Shown here in pieces: positions 1-10,038 of a stretch of DNA of 64,000 nt. Where the stretch lies: assembly GCA_963827685.1 (NCBI GenBank), contig CAWHBU010000002.1, positions 768,001 to 832,000 on the forward strand, written 5' to 3'. Below the pieces are notes generated by a model, which searched no databases, had not been told where the DNA came from, and saw only the letters and a program-made list of their open reading frames with translations. Origin of the DNA: an uncultured delta proteobacterium. GTDB taxonomy: Bacteria > Desulfobacterota > BSN033 > UBA1163. Made by a program: the position numbers and the translations under genes. Each line of letters opens with the position of its first letter. Within the stretch, counting starts at the first letter, position 1.

Positions 1-83
1 TATCCCTCTTTGATCAATATCACGGATAACATGTGTCTAAAACTTTCTTCGTCATCCACGATGAGAATGCGTTTAGGAATCAT
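1..83 (-). CDS. Response regulator receiver N-terminus (probably sigma-54 activator type), truncated by window edge
   Basis: Hand translation from ATG at 83: MIPKRILIVDDEESFRHMLSVILIKEG; GGAGG RBS upstream; downstream of a histidine kinase. Not in the ORF track. Confidence 0.8.
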   Translation of the reverse strand, partial: MIPKRILIVDDEESFRHMLSVILIKEG

Positions 84-95
84 TAATGCCTCCTC

Positions 96-244
96 TGGAA
101 TAATGGAATATTGGAAGACTGGAATATTGGGTGAAAAAAATTCAACCCAACACTACAGCAGGTTTTCCATTTCTTTTCCCATCATTTCATCTTTTTCTCT
201 TCACATCCTTCCATTATTCCAATATTCCATAATTCCATCTTTCA
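96..244. repeat. Inverted arrays of degenerate 8-mers (TGGAATAW x4 at 96-131; NNNTTCCA x4-5 at ~206-244)
   Basis: Read directly: tggaataa tggaatat tggaagac tggaatat tggg ... ttcca tta ttcca ata ttcca taa ttcca. Confidence 0.85.
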
Positions 245-655
245 TTGTTGAAAGGTGTCTTCCCACTGGCCACCTTTTTGCTTTCGTTGGAGCGATTCAA
301 TCAATTTCAACAATTGGTTTTCGACCTTGTAATGGAGCTCGTCTAAGTCTTCATATTCTTCCTTTGATATTTGATCTGCTTGCATACAGCTTTCGTAGCA
401 GGAATGAAACTCACCACACGAGCCAAGAGCAATGTTCAAATGGTTCAGATACTCTTTTAAACTCCTTCGGCAGTAGCCTTCTGAAATATTTCTTGATATG
501 CTGTGAGCAGCATCAACGCTATTTGCCGAAATCTTCTTCAGTTCAAAGGGAAACTTAGCAAAGACCTTACAAGCCAGGATGTAAAGTAAAACTGAATCTT
601 TCCATACGTTGAGCCTCTTAAATCCCCTATTGACGTTTTTCCTTTCAGTATTCAT
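242..655 (-). CDS. Four-helix-bundle protein (23S rRNA IVS protein / bAvd-like family)
   Basis: Motifs GFKRLNVWK, SISRNISEGYCRRS, YLNHLNIALGSCGE; 137 aa. Confidence 0.9.
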   Translation of the reverse strand: MNTERKNVNRGFKRLNVWKDSVLLYILACKVFAKFPFELKKISANSVDAAHSISRNISEGYCRRSLKEYLNHLNIALGSCGEFHSCYESCMQADQISKEEYEDLDELHYKVENQLLKLIESLQRKQKGGQWEDTFQQ

Positions 656-772
656 CCCATTATTCCATCATTCCAGTCTTCCATCATACCATTCTTTCTT
701 TTTCTATTATTCCATCTTTCTATCCTTTTTCTTTTCCATAATTCCACCATTCCATTATTCCACTATTCCAGT
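645..772. repeat. Degenerate 8-mer array (NNNTTCCA, ~10 units) upstream of the four-helix-bundle gene
   Basis: ccattattccatcattccagtcttccatcatacca ... ttccataattccaccattccattattccactattcca. Confidence 0.85.
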
Positions 773-776
773 TTCT

Positions 777-2450
777 TTAGGCTGCTGGAAAATAGATCTC
801 GAAGCTTGTTCCTTTTCCAAGCTCGCTCTCCACCCTTATTTCCCCTCCCAATGACTCAACAATCTTTAAAGAAATCGATAAACCAAGGCCTGTTCCTTTA
901 TCCGGAGCTTTGGTTGTAAAAAAGGGGTCGAAAATATTTTCTAAATCTTCTTTTTTGATTCCACTCCCTGTATCAGAGATTCGGACCTTAACGAGTCGGT
1001 CCCCTTTTGAGAATTTTGTTGAGAAAGCAGAAAGGGGATCGGATTTCCGCAAATAAGAATAATCGGATTCCATCGGATCACTTTTACGTCTCGGAGGATA
1101 AGGGCGTTGAAACCAGTCGTCATATAAATGTTCCATGACGTGTCCTTCCGTTTGAATTTGTAATATACCGCCATCTGGCATGGCATCGATTGCATTTAAA
1201 ATGATGTTAATAATAACTTGAGAAAGCTGCGATTCGTCCCCTTTGATTACAGGAAGGTTAGACTGCAGGTCTAATCGGGTTTCGATATTTTTAAAATCTT
1301 TTTGATACGATAATAAAGAGAGGGTGCTTTCAACGATCTTATTGATTTCCACCTCACGTATTTCCAATTTAGATGGCCTTGCAAAATCCAGAAGCTCCCG
1401 GACGATTTTGTTAATCCGTTCTATTTCTTTTTCGATCCTCTTCAAATAGTCCTTCGATTCGTCACGATCCATCCCTTCCTTCCTCAAAATGTTCGTATAT
1501 CCCAGAATGGCCCCTAAAGGGTTCCCCACTTCATGGGCCACACCTGCGGCGAACCTTCCAACGGAGGCGAGTTTCTCTGTACGGATCAGTTCTTCCTGGG
1601 TTTGCTTCAATTGGTTGTTGGCTAATTCAAGGGATTCCAAATATTTTTCTAAACTGTCTTGATTTTCTTTCAACCTCTCGATCATTCGATTGAAAGACCC
1701 TATGAGCTGTCCTATCTCATTTTTGCTGGTCACTTCAATTTTTTGGCTGAAATCCCCGTTACTGATTCTTTTTGTCAATCGGACAAGATCTTTAACGGGT
1801 TTAACTAAAACCCGCGAAAGTAAAAAGCTCCCGAAAATGATCAGGACAAAGGCGTCGAAGAGGACGGTGATTAAAATGATTCTTTGAGATTCTAATAAAG
1901 TTGTCATTAAATCCCCGATGAAAACCTCCATTTGAATACCGCCAACAATTTTCCCATGATGCCATAAGGGGGAGTAAAGTATCATTTTTTGATAATGGGT
2001 TGATAAAAAGTTCCCTGATTTTTCAATTTCAGCTCTTGATTCACCTGATTGGATAGCCTTTTGCAGAAACGGATCAGTAGATCGTCTATTGATCAACTCT
2101 GATTTCTTGCTGGCAATGATATCGAATTGCATATCTACAATCAATAACTCATAGAATCCCTTCCCTTTCGCATACGTGTAAATAAAATTTTGAACCTCTT
2201 TCTTAGCAAGAGGGTTATCTAATGTAAATTCCTTTTTATCGCGTGATATAAAATCAACGATGGTTTGGAAATCTTGGACCATCCTCTCCCCATACTTGAT
2301 CTTTTCTCGGAGGATATTCCTCTCAACGATCTTGGACATCGTAAACCCGATTAACAGGATTGCGGCCAACATGAGAAAGGATATATTAATGATGACTTCT
2401 GTCCTGAGGCCTAAATTTATTTTTTTAAATAACCAAAAACCCTGTTTCAT
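777..2450 (-). CDS. Membrane sensor histidine kinase (HAMP, HisKA, HATPase; NtrB-like)
   Basis: Two TM segments, HAMP, H-box AGVAHEVGNPL, N-box NIILNAIDAM, DTGSGI, FDPFFTTK, GTGLGLSI. Confidence 0.95.
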   Translation of the reverse strand: MKQGFWLFKKINLGLRTEVIINISFLMLAAILLIGFTMSKIVERNILREKIKYGERMVQDFQTIVDFISRDKKEFTLDNPLAKKEVQNFIYTYAKGKGFYELLIVDMQFDIIASKKSELINRRSTDPFLQKAIQSGESRAEIEKSGNFLSTHYQKMILYSPLWHHGKIVGGIQMEVFIGDLMTTLLESQRIILITVLFDAFVLIIFGSFLLSRVLVKPVKDLVRLTKRISNGDFSQKIEVTSKNEIGQLIGSFNRMIERLKENQDSLEKYLESLELANNQLKQTQEELIRTEKLASVGRFAAGVAHEVGNPLGAILGYTNILRKEGMDRDESKDYLKRIEKEIERINKIVRELLDFARPSKLEIREVEINKIVESTLSLLSYQKDFKNIETRLDLQSNLPVIKGDESQLSQVIINIILNAIDAMPDGGILQIQTEGHVMEHLYDDWFQRPYPPRRKSDPMESDYSYLRKSDPLSAFSTKFSKGDRLVKVRISDTGSGIKKEDLENIFDPFFTTKAPDKGTGLGLSISLKIVESLGGEIRVESELGKGTSFEIYFPAA

Positions 2451-2451
2451 A

Positions 2452-3219
2452 TCATCCCCTATATCGCAGGTACCAGAATATTATTTCATTTTGGTAAAAA
2501 AGAGCGATCACAGCGCCAAGTGAAAGAAACGGTCCAAAGGGTATAGCATATTTAAAATCCTTTCCTTTCAAGACCATAATGATAATACCAGTAATAGAAC
2601 CAATAAGTGAACTTAAAAAAATGGTTAGGATGACGGCTTTCCATCCCAAGAAACCGCCGATCATAGCTAGCAATTTGACATCTCCTCCTCCCATCCCTTC
2701 CCTTTTAAAAAGCCACTGATATATAGTCGCAACTAAAAAGAGACTCCCACCTCCCAATAGTATCCCTAATAAGGAATTGAGAAAAGTGATCTGGGGGATA
2801 ATTAGAGAGGCCAATAGACCCGCTCCTATCCCTGGAAGGCTGATCACATCCGGAATGATCTGGTGATAGAAGTCGATAACGGTGATCACAATCAAGGCGG
2901 AAAGAAAGGCAAAATAGATCAGATAGCCCACCGAAGGCCCGAATCTCAAGAAGAGAAGAAAGGATCCCAGGGCCGCGATCCCTTCCACCAGCGGATACTG
3001 AATGGAAATGGAGGCCTGGCAATCGCGGCATTTCCCTTTGAGGACAAGGTAGCTGATGATCGGGATATTGTCGTAGAACCGAATCGGGTGCCCGCACCGC
3101 AGGCAGTGGGACCCCGGATAGACAATAGATTCCTCCTTCGGCAGCCTCGCAATGCATACATTCAAGAAACTGCCGACCATCGCTCCAAAAAGGATTGAGA
3201 AAATATTAACCATGGGCAT
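2452..3219 (-). CDS. pilD: Prepilin peptidase / N-methyltransferase
   Basis: GSFLNVCIARLP, CxxC...CxxC zinc motifs, GMGGGDVKL, IPFGPFLSLG. Confidence 0.97.
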   Translation of the reverse strand: MPMVNIFSILFGAMVGSFLNVCIARLPKEESIVYPGSHCLRCGHPIRFYDNIPIISYLVLKGKCRDCQASISIQYPLVEGIAALGSFLLFLRFGPSVGYLIYFAFLSALIVITVIDFYHQIIPDVISLPGIGAGLLASLIIPQITFLNSLLGILLGGGSLFLVATIYQWLFKREGMGGGDVKLLAMIGGFLGWKAVILTIFLSSLIGSITGIIIMVLKGKDFKYAIPFGPFLSLGAVIALFYQNEIIFWYLRYRG

Positions 3220-5124
3220 TTACCTGTGATGCTCCAAATCTTGAATCATCCACCTCAGACCTTCAATTCTGTTTTTGGCTTTAGGCGCAGCTTCGATCCC
3301 CTTAGTATAATAATGTCTTGCTTTTTCCAAATCCTTAAACTTGCTCGCATATATATTTCCGAGTTCCTCATAACCACTGATGATATGGGGGGCTAATTCA
3401 ACAGATCTCAGAAGTTCTGAAATGGCCTCTTCATAGCGCCCCGCATCCTTATAAAGGAGTCCTAATCGGAAGTGGAGATTGGCGTTTTGAGGACTTTTCA
3501 ATAGCAAATATCGCAGAACCTCTTCGGCCTTTTTATACTCTTTTTGCCTCTGATAAAAAACAGACAGATTGATTTTGATTGTATCATCATCTGGTTTCAA
3601 CTGTATCGCCGTTGAGAACTCCTCCAATGCCTTCTCAGGTTCATCCAATCTGCCGTAAACAATACCAAGATTATTCCGAGATTGATAATCATACGGAAAA
3701 ATCTCGACAGCTCTTTCAAGATATTTCACTGCTTTATCATCCATAGCCAAATCCATATACACCACACCCATGAGAGCATTCGCTGAATTGCTGTTTGGAT
3801 ACTTTTCGACAGCATCCGCCCATAATGTATAGCTATTTTCCCATAAGGTGTTTTGTCGAATGGTCATGAATGAATAACCTGCCAAGAGAGACGCAAAGAT
3901 CACTACCGACAATAATTTGAAGAATCCCTCAGAAAACTTTTTATGCTGAAAAGCATAAAGCCGCTCAAAGGCAACCCCTAGCACAAAAACGTAAGAAAAA
4001 GAGGCTATGAATACATAACGATCCGCTTTAAGCGTACTGATGGGAATGATATTCAAGTAAGGTAAAATAGTAATAAGGAAGAAAAAAAAGGAGAAAAAGA
4101 TGATCTTGGTCCGCCGAAGAGATAGGACACTAATGGCAAAAAGGAAGAACGTGATGAGAAATAGAATCACATTTTTCAGACAAAAAACCGGCATATTCAC
4201 CGAAAAAGAATAAGCTGCCGAGTAATTGATCGTAAAGAGAAGAAGTTTAATGTTTTGCAGAAAGACATAGATGCAAATCAGAAGGTTACTTGCGAAACTA
4301 TCTCCTTTATAGTGTTTGATGCCGCCTGCCTCAAACATCACCTTCAGTAAAATGAAGGTGAAGATGGCCGATAGGATTAGAAGGGAGATAACGAAGACCC
4401 AGTGACGTTTGAAAAAAGTTATGAACCCCTTTTTCCTTTTCGAAATCTCATAGACGGCAATAACCCCTGGAAAAATAACTGCAGAAGGTTTTGAAAGAGT
4501 TGCCAAAAGGATGGAAAGGACCACCAGACTTAGGTAAAAGTATAAAGCTCTTCGTCCGGTCTCCTTGTTTGCCTTGAGGTAGAGATAGAATCCAAGGAAG
4601 AAAAAGAATCCTTGAAGGACTTCTTTTCTGGCCGCAAGCCAAGTCACCGCTTCAACGTGAACAGGGTGGGCTGCGAAAAGAAGTGCCCCAAAAATCGCAA
4701 CCCGCCCATGAGAAATCGGAGATGCTTCTTTTCTCAACTCAGCAGAAAGGAGACGGAGGGTGAGAAAAACCATGATGCAGGTGAGGATGTAGAAAAAGAT
4801 GTTCGTGATATGGTAGCCTATCGGGTTAAGCTTCCATATCCTGTAATCAATGGCATAACTGAGCATCCGGACGGGCTGGTAAGTATTTCCTTCTTGAAGC
4901 GTAAATATTTTCCTGATTCCGTCCAAATCCAAATTTCGGATGGAGGGATTTTGATAGATCATCCCATCATCCCAATTTGTAAATTGGTTCCCGAGCGAGT
5001 TGAAATAGAGTGTTGCAACAAATACCGAGATAAGGCAGCAGAGCCCGATTAGCTTGATAGGTTTACTGCCGCCCTCAAGTTCAACAGCACCGAATTGGCG
5101 TATTCCATTCCTTCTAAGCTCCAT
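3220..5124 (-). CDS. TMTC-like GT-C membrane glycosyltransferase with C-terminal TPRs
   Basis: N-terminal WDD motif, YQPVRMLSYAIDY, GYHITN, HPVHVEAVTWLAARKE, ADRY, WENSYTLW, multiple TMs, then TPR repeats. Confidence 0.85.
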   Translation of the reverse strand: MELRRNGIRQFGAVELEGGSKPIKLIGLCCLISVFVATLYFNSLGNQFTNWDDGMIYQNPSIRNLDLDGIRKIFTLQEGNTYQPVRMLSYAIDYRIWKLNPIGYHITNIFFYILTCIMVFLTLRLLSAELRKEASPISHGRVAIFGALLFAAHPVHVEAVTWLAARKEVLQGFFFFLGFYLYLKANKETGRRALYFYLSLVVLSILLATLSKPSAVIFPGVIAVYEISKRKKGFITFFKRHWVFVISLLILSAIFTFILLKVMFEAGGIKHYKGDSFASNLLICIYVFLQNIKLLLFTINYSAAYSFSVNMPVFCLKNVILFLITFFLFAISVLSLRRTKIIFFSFFFFLITILPYLNIIPISTLKADRYVFIASFSYVFVLGVAFERLYAFQHKKFSEGFFKLLSVVIFASLLAGYSFMTIRQNTLWENSYTLWADAVEKYPNSNSANALMGVVYMDLAMDDKAVKYLERAVEIFPYDYQSRNNLGIVYGRLDEPEKALEEFSTAIQLKPDDDTIKINLSVFYQRQKEYKKAEEVLRYLLLKSPQNANLHFRLGLLYKDAGRYEEAISELLRSVELAPHIISGYEELGNIYASKFKDLEKARHYYTKGIEAAPKAKNRIEGLRWMIQDLEHHR

Positions 5125-7093
5125 AGAAAAAAGAATCTCCTTCCCTATCGATAAAGACCCTGAACCACATTTCTAAAAAAAGCAAAGCCCATATTTTCGA
5201 CGAATGGTCATAGCGCAATGCAATATGATCGTTTAGCAGACGCTGGACGCCTTCTCTTCTGAAATATCCCCGCTTTAGCGTCCTTGGATCCAACAGAATA
5301 TCATAGACATAATCTTTCAATTCATTTCTGAACCATCTTGAAACCGGGACCCCGAAGCCCATTTTCCTCCTCTTGAAAACCGCATCAGGCAGAAAATCCT
5401 TAAAAGCTGTTTTCAAGATGAATTTACTTTTCGTCCCTTTCAGTTTCAAATGAGACGGAATTCCAGCAACCAATTCCATAAACTTATGATCGAGAAAGGG
5501 GACTCGGGCTTCGAGAGAATTTGCCATGGTGGCAATATCCATCTTGACGAGAAGGTCTTCAGGAAGGTAGGTTATCATATCCAGATAAAGCAATTTTTCT
5601 AAAAGATCATCCGTGTCCCCTTCCTCATATTTTTTAATCAGATAGTCCAAGGGGTCCGTTCCCTTCACCTGTCTCGAAAAATCTTCAGAAAAAACGCCAT
5701 CCTTATCTTTTTGATTGAAAACCTTTATCTGCTCGGCATAATTTCGTCCTTGATGAGAGGATAACGTTTCTGTAAAATCAGCCAGGCGGTTCAGTGTCTT
5801 TCGCTTCCAGGGTGATTGGGAGAGTATCCTCAAGAAGGATGGCAGGAGGCTTCTTCGCACTTTTTTAGGTAACCGGGTGAACCACGATACATATTTACTC
5901 CGGAGATAGCGGGGATATCCTGCGAAATTTTCGTCTCCTGCATCTCCTGTAAGCACAACCTTCACATAATCCCTCGTCATATTTGCAACGTAATAGGTTG
6001 GGATTGCAGAGGAATCGGCGAAAGGCTCGTTATAGTACCATACCAGCTTAGGCAGAATTTCAATCGCATTCGGTTTCACAACGAATTCATGATGTTCTGT
6101 AGCAAAGTGATTCGAAACTAATCTTGCATAGAAAAGTTCATCAAAGTCCTTCTCCTCAAACCCAATTGAAAAGGTTTTAACAGGCTTCGCGCTAAACTTT
6201 GCCATGATCCCAACGATCAGACTGGAATCCACACCCCCACTTAGAAAGGCGCCCAGCGGAACATCGCTAATCAACCTGAGATTCACAGACTCTTCGAGTT
6301 CTGTTCGTATCCGATCCCCCACTTCTTGCGCGTCGGTATAAGTTTGATGGCTCGAATTAAATTTGAGTTTCCAGTAACGCTCTATCTTGATATTGCCGTT
6401 TCGGTCATAAAGAAGGTAGTGGGCTGGAGGCAGCTTCTTTATTCCTTCGAATATTGTGTCTGGAGAAGGAACGTATTGATAGGTCAAGTATTGATGGATG
6501 GCAGTAGCATTTATTTTTCTTTCGATTCCCGGAATCTGGAGAAGAGCTTTGATCTCCGAAGCAAAAGCAAAATGACCGTTTTGGTGGGTATAGACTAAAG
6601 GTTTTTTCCCCAATCGGTCGCGGGCCATGAATAATCGCTGGAGGTTCGAGTCCCATATTGCAAAGGCAAACATTCCACGGAAATTATTTAGGCATTCCAC
6701 CCCCCACTCTTCGTAGGCATGGAGGATCACATCTGTATCCGACTTTGATTTGAAGGAATGCCCCCGCTTTTCTAATTCCCCTCGTATCTCTTGGAAGTTA
6801 TAAATCTCCCCGTTGAAAACGATCCAGATCTTTCCGTCCTCATTCGTCATGGGTTGATGAGCAGCCTCCGAAAGATCAATGATAGAAAGACGCCGATGCC
6901 CCAACCCAACCTCAAAAGGATTTGTATCAGGAATGAATTCCGAGGAATCCTTCACCTCAAGATATTGATTACCTTTGATGAAAACCATGCCTTGATCATC
7001 AGGCCCCCGATGAGATAATACTCTGCACATCCATTGAATGGGCTCCACCCTGACACCCTCATTAAAATCTATTTCTCCACAGATTCCACACAT
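5114..7093 (-). CDS. asnB: Asparagine synthase-family glutamine amidotransferase (likely glycan amidation)
   Basis: MCGICG Ntn N-terminus, HRGPD, HRRLSIIDL, NGEIYN, LSGGVDSS, GDAGDENFAGY, EARVPFLD. Confidence 0.93.
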   Translation of the reverse strand: MCGICGEIDFNEGVRVEPIQWMCRVLSHRGPDDQGMVFIKGNQYLEVKDSSEFIPDTNPFEVGLGHRRLSIIDLSEAAHQPMTNEDGKIWIVFNGEIYNFQEIRGELEKRGHSFKSKSDTDVILHAYEEWGVECLNNFRGMFAFAIWDSNLQRLFMARDRLGKKPLVYTHQNGHFAFASEIKALLQIPGIERKINATAIHQYLTYQYVPSPDTIFEGIKKLPPAHYLLYDRNGNIKIERYWKLKFNSSHQTYTDAQEVGDRIRTELEESVNLRLISDVPLGAFLSGGVDSSLIVGIMAKFSAKPVKTFSIGFEEKDFDELFYARLVSNHFATEHHEFVVKPNAIEILPKLVWYYNEPFADSSAIPTYYVANMTRDYVKVVLTGDAGDENFAGYPRYLRSKYVSWFTRLPKKVRRSLLPSFLRILSQSPWKRKTLNRLADFTETLSSHQGRNYAEQIKVFNQKDKDGVFSEDFSRQVKGTDPLDYLIKKYEEGDTDDLLEKLLYLDMITYLPEDLLVKMDIATMANSLEARVPFLDHKFMELVAGIPSHLKLKGTKSKFILKTAFKDFLPDAVFKRRKMGFGVPVSRWFRNELKDYVYDILLDPRTLKRGYFRREGVQRLLNDHIALRYDHSSKIWALLFLEMWFRVFIDREGDSFFYGA

Positions 7094-8316
7094 TAGGATT
7101 TCCTATCCAACATGCGCTGATATAAAGTAATATATTTATCTGCCACCAAATCGATGGAAAAATTCTTCTGAATATATTGGCGACCACTTCTTCCCAAATT
7201 CTCCCTCTCTTTTGGATTCCTCACCAAGAAGAGTATGGCCCGGGCAAGGCCGTCAATATCCTCTGGCTGAAATAGCAGTCCATTAGGGGTAGCCATAAAA
7301 TTTCCCTTAGGGATTCTGCTATTTTCCCCAATTCCCATTATCTCCGCATTCCCGCTGATATTCGTGGCGATACAAGTCAACCCGTGGCTCATGGCTTCCA
7401 GCAGCGAATTGGACATTCCTTCTGCTCTCGAGGCAAGGACGAAGATATCGGATTTTTTTAAGTGTTCCTCCACCTGAATAACCTCTCCCATAAATTTTAC
7501 TGAATCGGAAATCCCTAAGGATTGGCAGAGGTCTTTGAATTCGCGTTCGTGAGGACCCTTCCCTATTATGAGAAGGTTCAGATTATTTTCATGAGTCACA
7601 ACCCTTGCCCACGCCTTTAAAAGGATGTCGATTCCTTTTTGTTTGTCGAGTCTTACGCTTGTGATGAGAAAGAGGACTTGATCATAATGAGTCTTTCCAT
7701 CAAGGGAGGGTGCCACTCCATTTGGGATATGTTGAATTCTTTCTAAGGGACTACCAAGAGCCTGATACTCCTCTCCACCTTCATTGTTCACTGTTACCAA
7801 ATAATCCAGTTTTTTGATAAGATACCTTAATTGGAAAATACCGAACGGGAAACGTTTCAAATTTCTTATATCACTTGTCAATCCGGAACAGCCCATTTTG
7901 GCAAGGACCGGTTTCTTCAAAATCCCTTTCCCAATGAGTGTGGAAACAAATGCGGGATAAAGCACCTGGTGAACATGGATGATGTCGTATTCCTTTCGAT
8001 GCATTAGGAGATAAATTCCAAGAGCAAGGGCATAGGCAAAAAAACCAAATGCCCGGACCCCTGCTATTCCAAACATTCCCCAGCATGAAAAATTCCTCAC
8101 AATTCTGATTCCATTCTTTGTCTCCTTATGAGTAGTACCAAATTTCCACCATCCAGTGACAATGCTTACCTGTACCCCCCTTTCGCGCAAAGTCTTCGCA
8201 AGTAATTCAGCTTGCTTCTCCGCCCCACCAATAATGGGATAAAATTGAGAGATTACCATAAGGACCTTCATCTTTGAATCAATGACCCAACTCCCACTCT
8301 CTTTTCGTTGCCCCAT
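7093..8316 (-). CDS. Glycosyltransferase family 4 (start may be ~8271)
   Basis: GGAEKQA N-terminal motif; EGMSNSLLEAM EX7E motif. Confidence 0.92.
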   Translation of the reverse strand: MGQRKESGSWVIDSKMKVLMVISQFYPIIGGAEKQAELLAKTLRERGVQVSIVTGWWKFGTTHKETKNGIRIVRNFSCWGMFGIAGVRAFGFFAYALALGIYLLMHRKEYDIIHVHQVLYPAFVSTLIGKGILKKPVLAKMGCSGLTSDIRNLKRFPFGIFQLRYLIKKLDYLVTVNNEGGEEYQALGSPLERIQHIPNGVAPSLDGKTHYDQVLFLITSVRLDKQKGIDILLKAWARVVTHENNLNLLIIGKGPHEREFKDLCQSLGISDSVKFMGEVIQVEEHLKKSDIFVLASRAEGMSNSLLEAMSHGLTCIATNISGNAEIMGIGENSRIPKGNFMATPNGLLFQPEDIDGLARAILFLVRNPKERENLGRSGRQYIQKNFSIDLVADKYITLYQRMLDRKS

Positions 8317-8346
8317 TAAATAACCTTCTGATCCTGCTTCATCCCA

Positions 8347-9123
8347 TTATTTGATGCAGATGAAGAGTGTCCCTCCTGAGAAAACCAGTCCTAGTAACCT
8401 TAATGTCTTCACCTTGCTGACCAGCTTTAGAACGACAATTTTCCACCACGTCCGGTAAACCAAATCACTCGGTTCAATGATGGCAAACTGATCGAGTACT
8501 CTTTCAAAACCGAGTTCTGCAAAGAACCGCTTTAGTTGAAAATTATTGAATTGATTGAAATCAATTCCCAATTTCATGATCTCCTCTCCGGAGCGGGCTA
8601 CACGGATACGATATCTCCATTTGTTAGGTAACCATCCATAGAATGGCATGTTAAATTCACCGGAGCGAAGACTGAATCGATTGGTCGAGTAAAAATAAAA
8701 CAACCCTCCTGGTTTTAACGCTTCGTAGATTTTACGCAACCCTTTTTGCCAATGTTCCACGTGCTCAAATGTTGAGAGAGCGATGATGATATCGTATTTG
8801 GATTGACCGATTTCCTCATCTTCAATATTTCCAAGTCTAATATCTGGCTTCACTCCATTCATTCGACCGAATTCATAAGCATAGTCCACTAATTGGGGAC
8901 AGATTTCTATGCCATCACAGGCGATCCCATTCTTTTTGCACAAGATGGGAAACCATCCGGCCCCTGTTCCCACCTCCAGTACTTTCGTACTTGAGTTGAT
9001 CTCTTTAAACTTCCGAATCCGTTTGAGGGTACTCTCATAAACGGGGAGGAAGTCCTGAAGCGTTAATTTACGCTGATCGCCGAGAAATCCCTCCACAACA
9101 TGAAGATCGTGCTGTACCTTCAC
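8347..9123 (-). CDS. Class I SAM-dependent methyltransferase
   Basis: VLEVGTGAG, FEHVEH, LKPGG; GTG at 9123 with GAGG RBS preferred over ORF-track start 9183. Confidence 0.88.
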   Translation of the reverse strand: MKVQHDLHVVEGFLGDQRKLTLQDFLPVYESTLKRIRKFKEINSSTKVLEVGTGAGWFPILCKKNGIACDGIEICPQLVDYAYEFGRMNGVKPDIRLGNIEDEEIGQSKYDIIIALSTFEHVEHWQKGLRKIYEALKPGGLFYFYSTNRFSLRSGEFNMPFYGWLPNKWRYRIRVARSGEEIMKLGIDFNQFNNFQLKRFFAELGFERVLDQFAIIEPSDLVYRTWWKIVVLKLVSKVKTLRLLGLVFSGGTLFICIK

Positions 9124-9136
9124 ACATTTACCTCGC

Positions 9137-9994
9137 CTATTCCCTCGTGAACACATATTCATTACAGCCAGATCCGCTACCACGCGTGTTCAGTTTGGAA
9201 AGATTAAACCCTCTCTTTTTATAAAATTCGAACACCTCTTCGGGTTTTGCCACTTCAAATGGATAGCCACCTACCCAATCGACAAGATCATGCCAGACAG
9301 ACATTCCCCTGTTTCTTTTTCTCTGGGTCCACTTCATCAAAGGAAGAGGATTTTGTCCCTCGAAGAGGCGAATGAGCGCAGCTCCCGTTTGTAACCCGCT
9401 TCCTACTCCCAGCAAGATGAATACCCTGACTGGTTTAGGAGATTGGTTATACAGACGCTTTACAGTTCTCCAAAATTGGCTTAAAATGCCTTGGTCATTA
9501 TATATGGAAATAAACAATTTCCCTCTTTCATCAACCAAGCGAGCGACGTTTTCCAGAGCCGCCCACATATTACCGGTGTGATGAAGAACTCCCCAAGAAT
9601 AAACAATGTCATATCTTCCTAAGCTTCTTAAATAAATAGTATCTAAAACGTCCCCATGTTCGATTACCCATTTTCTATCATCAGGATAATAACGCCGTTT
9701 TAACTCTTGCGTGCATGCTACTGAAAGTGGATCGTAATCAAATGAATGGACTGTTCCCCCTAATCTCCTGGCGGCAAGAGAAAATAAACCACTTCCGGAC
9801 CCTATATCGAGAAATCGTTTGTTGTTTAACTCCTCTATTTCAAGCATTCTTTTCAGCGACTTCTCCGCCGCCAAAATTCGGTCTTCATCTAATATCTTAA
9901 GAAATTGTGCCCAGTTCTCTCCAAAGTCAAACCGCCTTCTTTTGGCTACGTTGTTCTTATGATTGTTCACGTCTAACTCTATCAAAGACAGCAA
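9137..9994 (-). CDS. Class I SAM-dependent methyltransferase
   Basis: RFDFGENW, FLDIGSGSGLFSLAA, YSWGVLHHTG, DWVGGYPFEVA. Confidence 0.9.
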   Translation of the reverse strand: MLSLIELDVNNHKNNVAKRRRFDFGENWAQFLKILDEDRILAAEKSLKRMLEIEELNNKRFLDIGSGSGLFSLAARRLGGTVHSFDYDPLSVACTQELKRRYYPDDRKWVIEHGDVLDTIYLRSLGRYDIVYSWGVLHHTGNMWAALENVARLVDERGKLFISIYNDQGILSQFWRTVKRLYNQSPKPVRVFILLGVGSGLQTGAALIRLFEGQNPLPLMKWTQRKRNRGMSVWHDLVDWVGGYPFEVAKPEEVFEFYKKRGFNLSKLNTRGSGSGCNEYVFTRE

Positions 9995-10038
9995 CGAAAA
10001 TAGGAGTGTATGAACTTACGAACCCTTAAGTTATATTG

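Noticed and set aside
242-655. Diversity-generating retroelement, since four-helix-bundle proteins resemble Avd
   Set aside because: No reverse transcriptase and no TR/VR pair with adenine-specific mismatches seen in the window.
96-772. CRISPR array (also considered for 46391-46439 and 52855-52965)
   Set aside because: Units are 7-8 nt, contiguous and degenerate, with no unique spacers and no cas genes.
10-854. Plus-strand ORFs 10-558 and 609-854
   Set aside because: Antisense to real genes; their HYSIIP-like peptides are translations of the 8-mer arrays.
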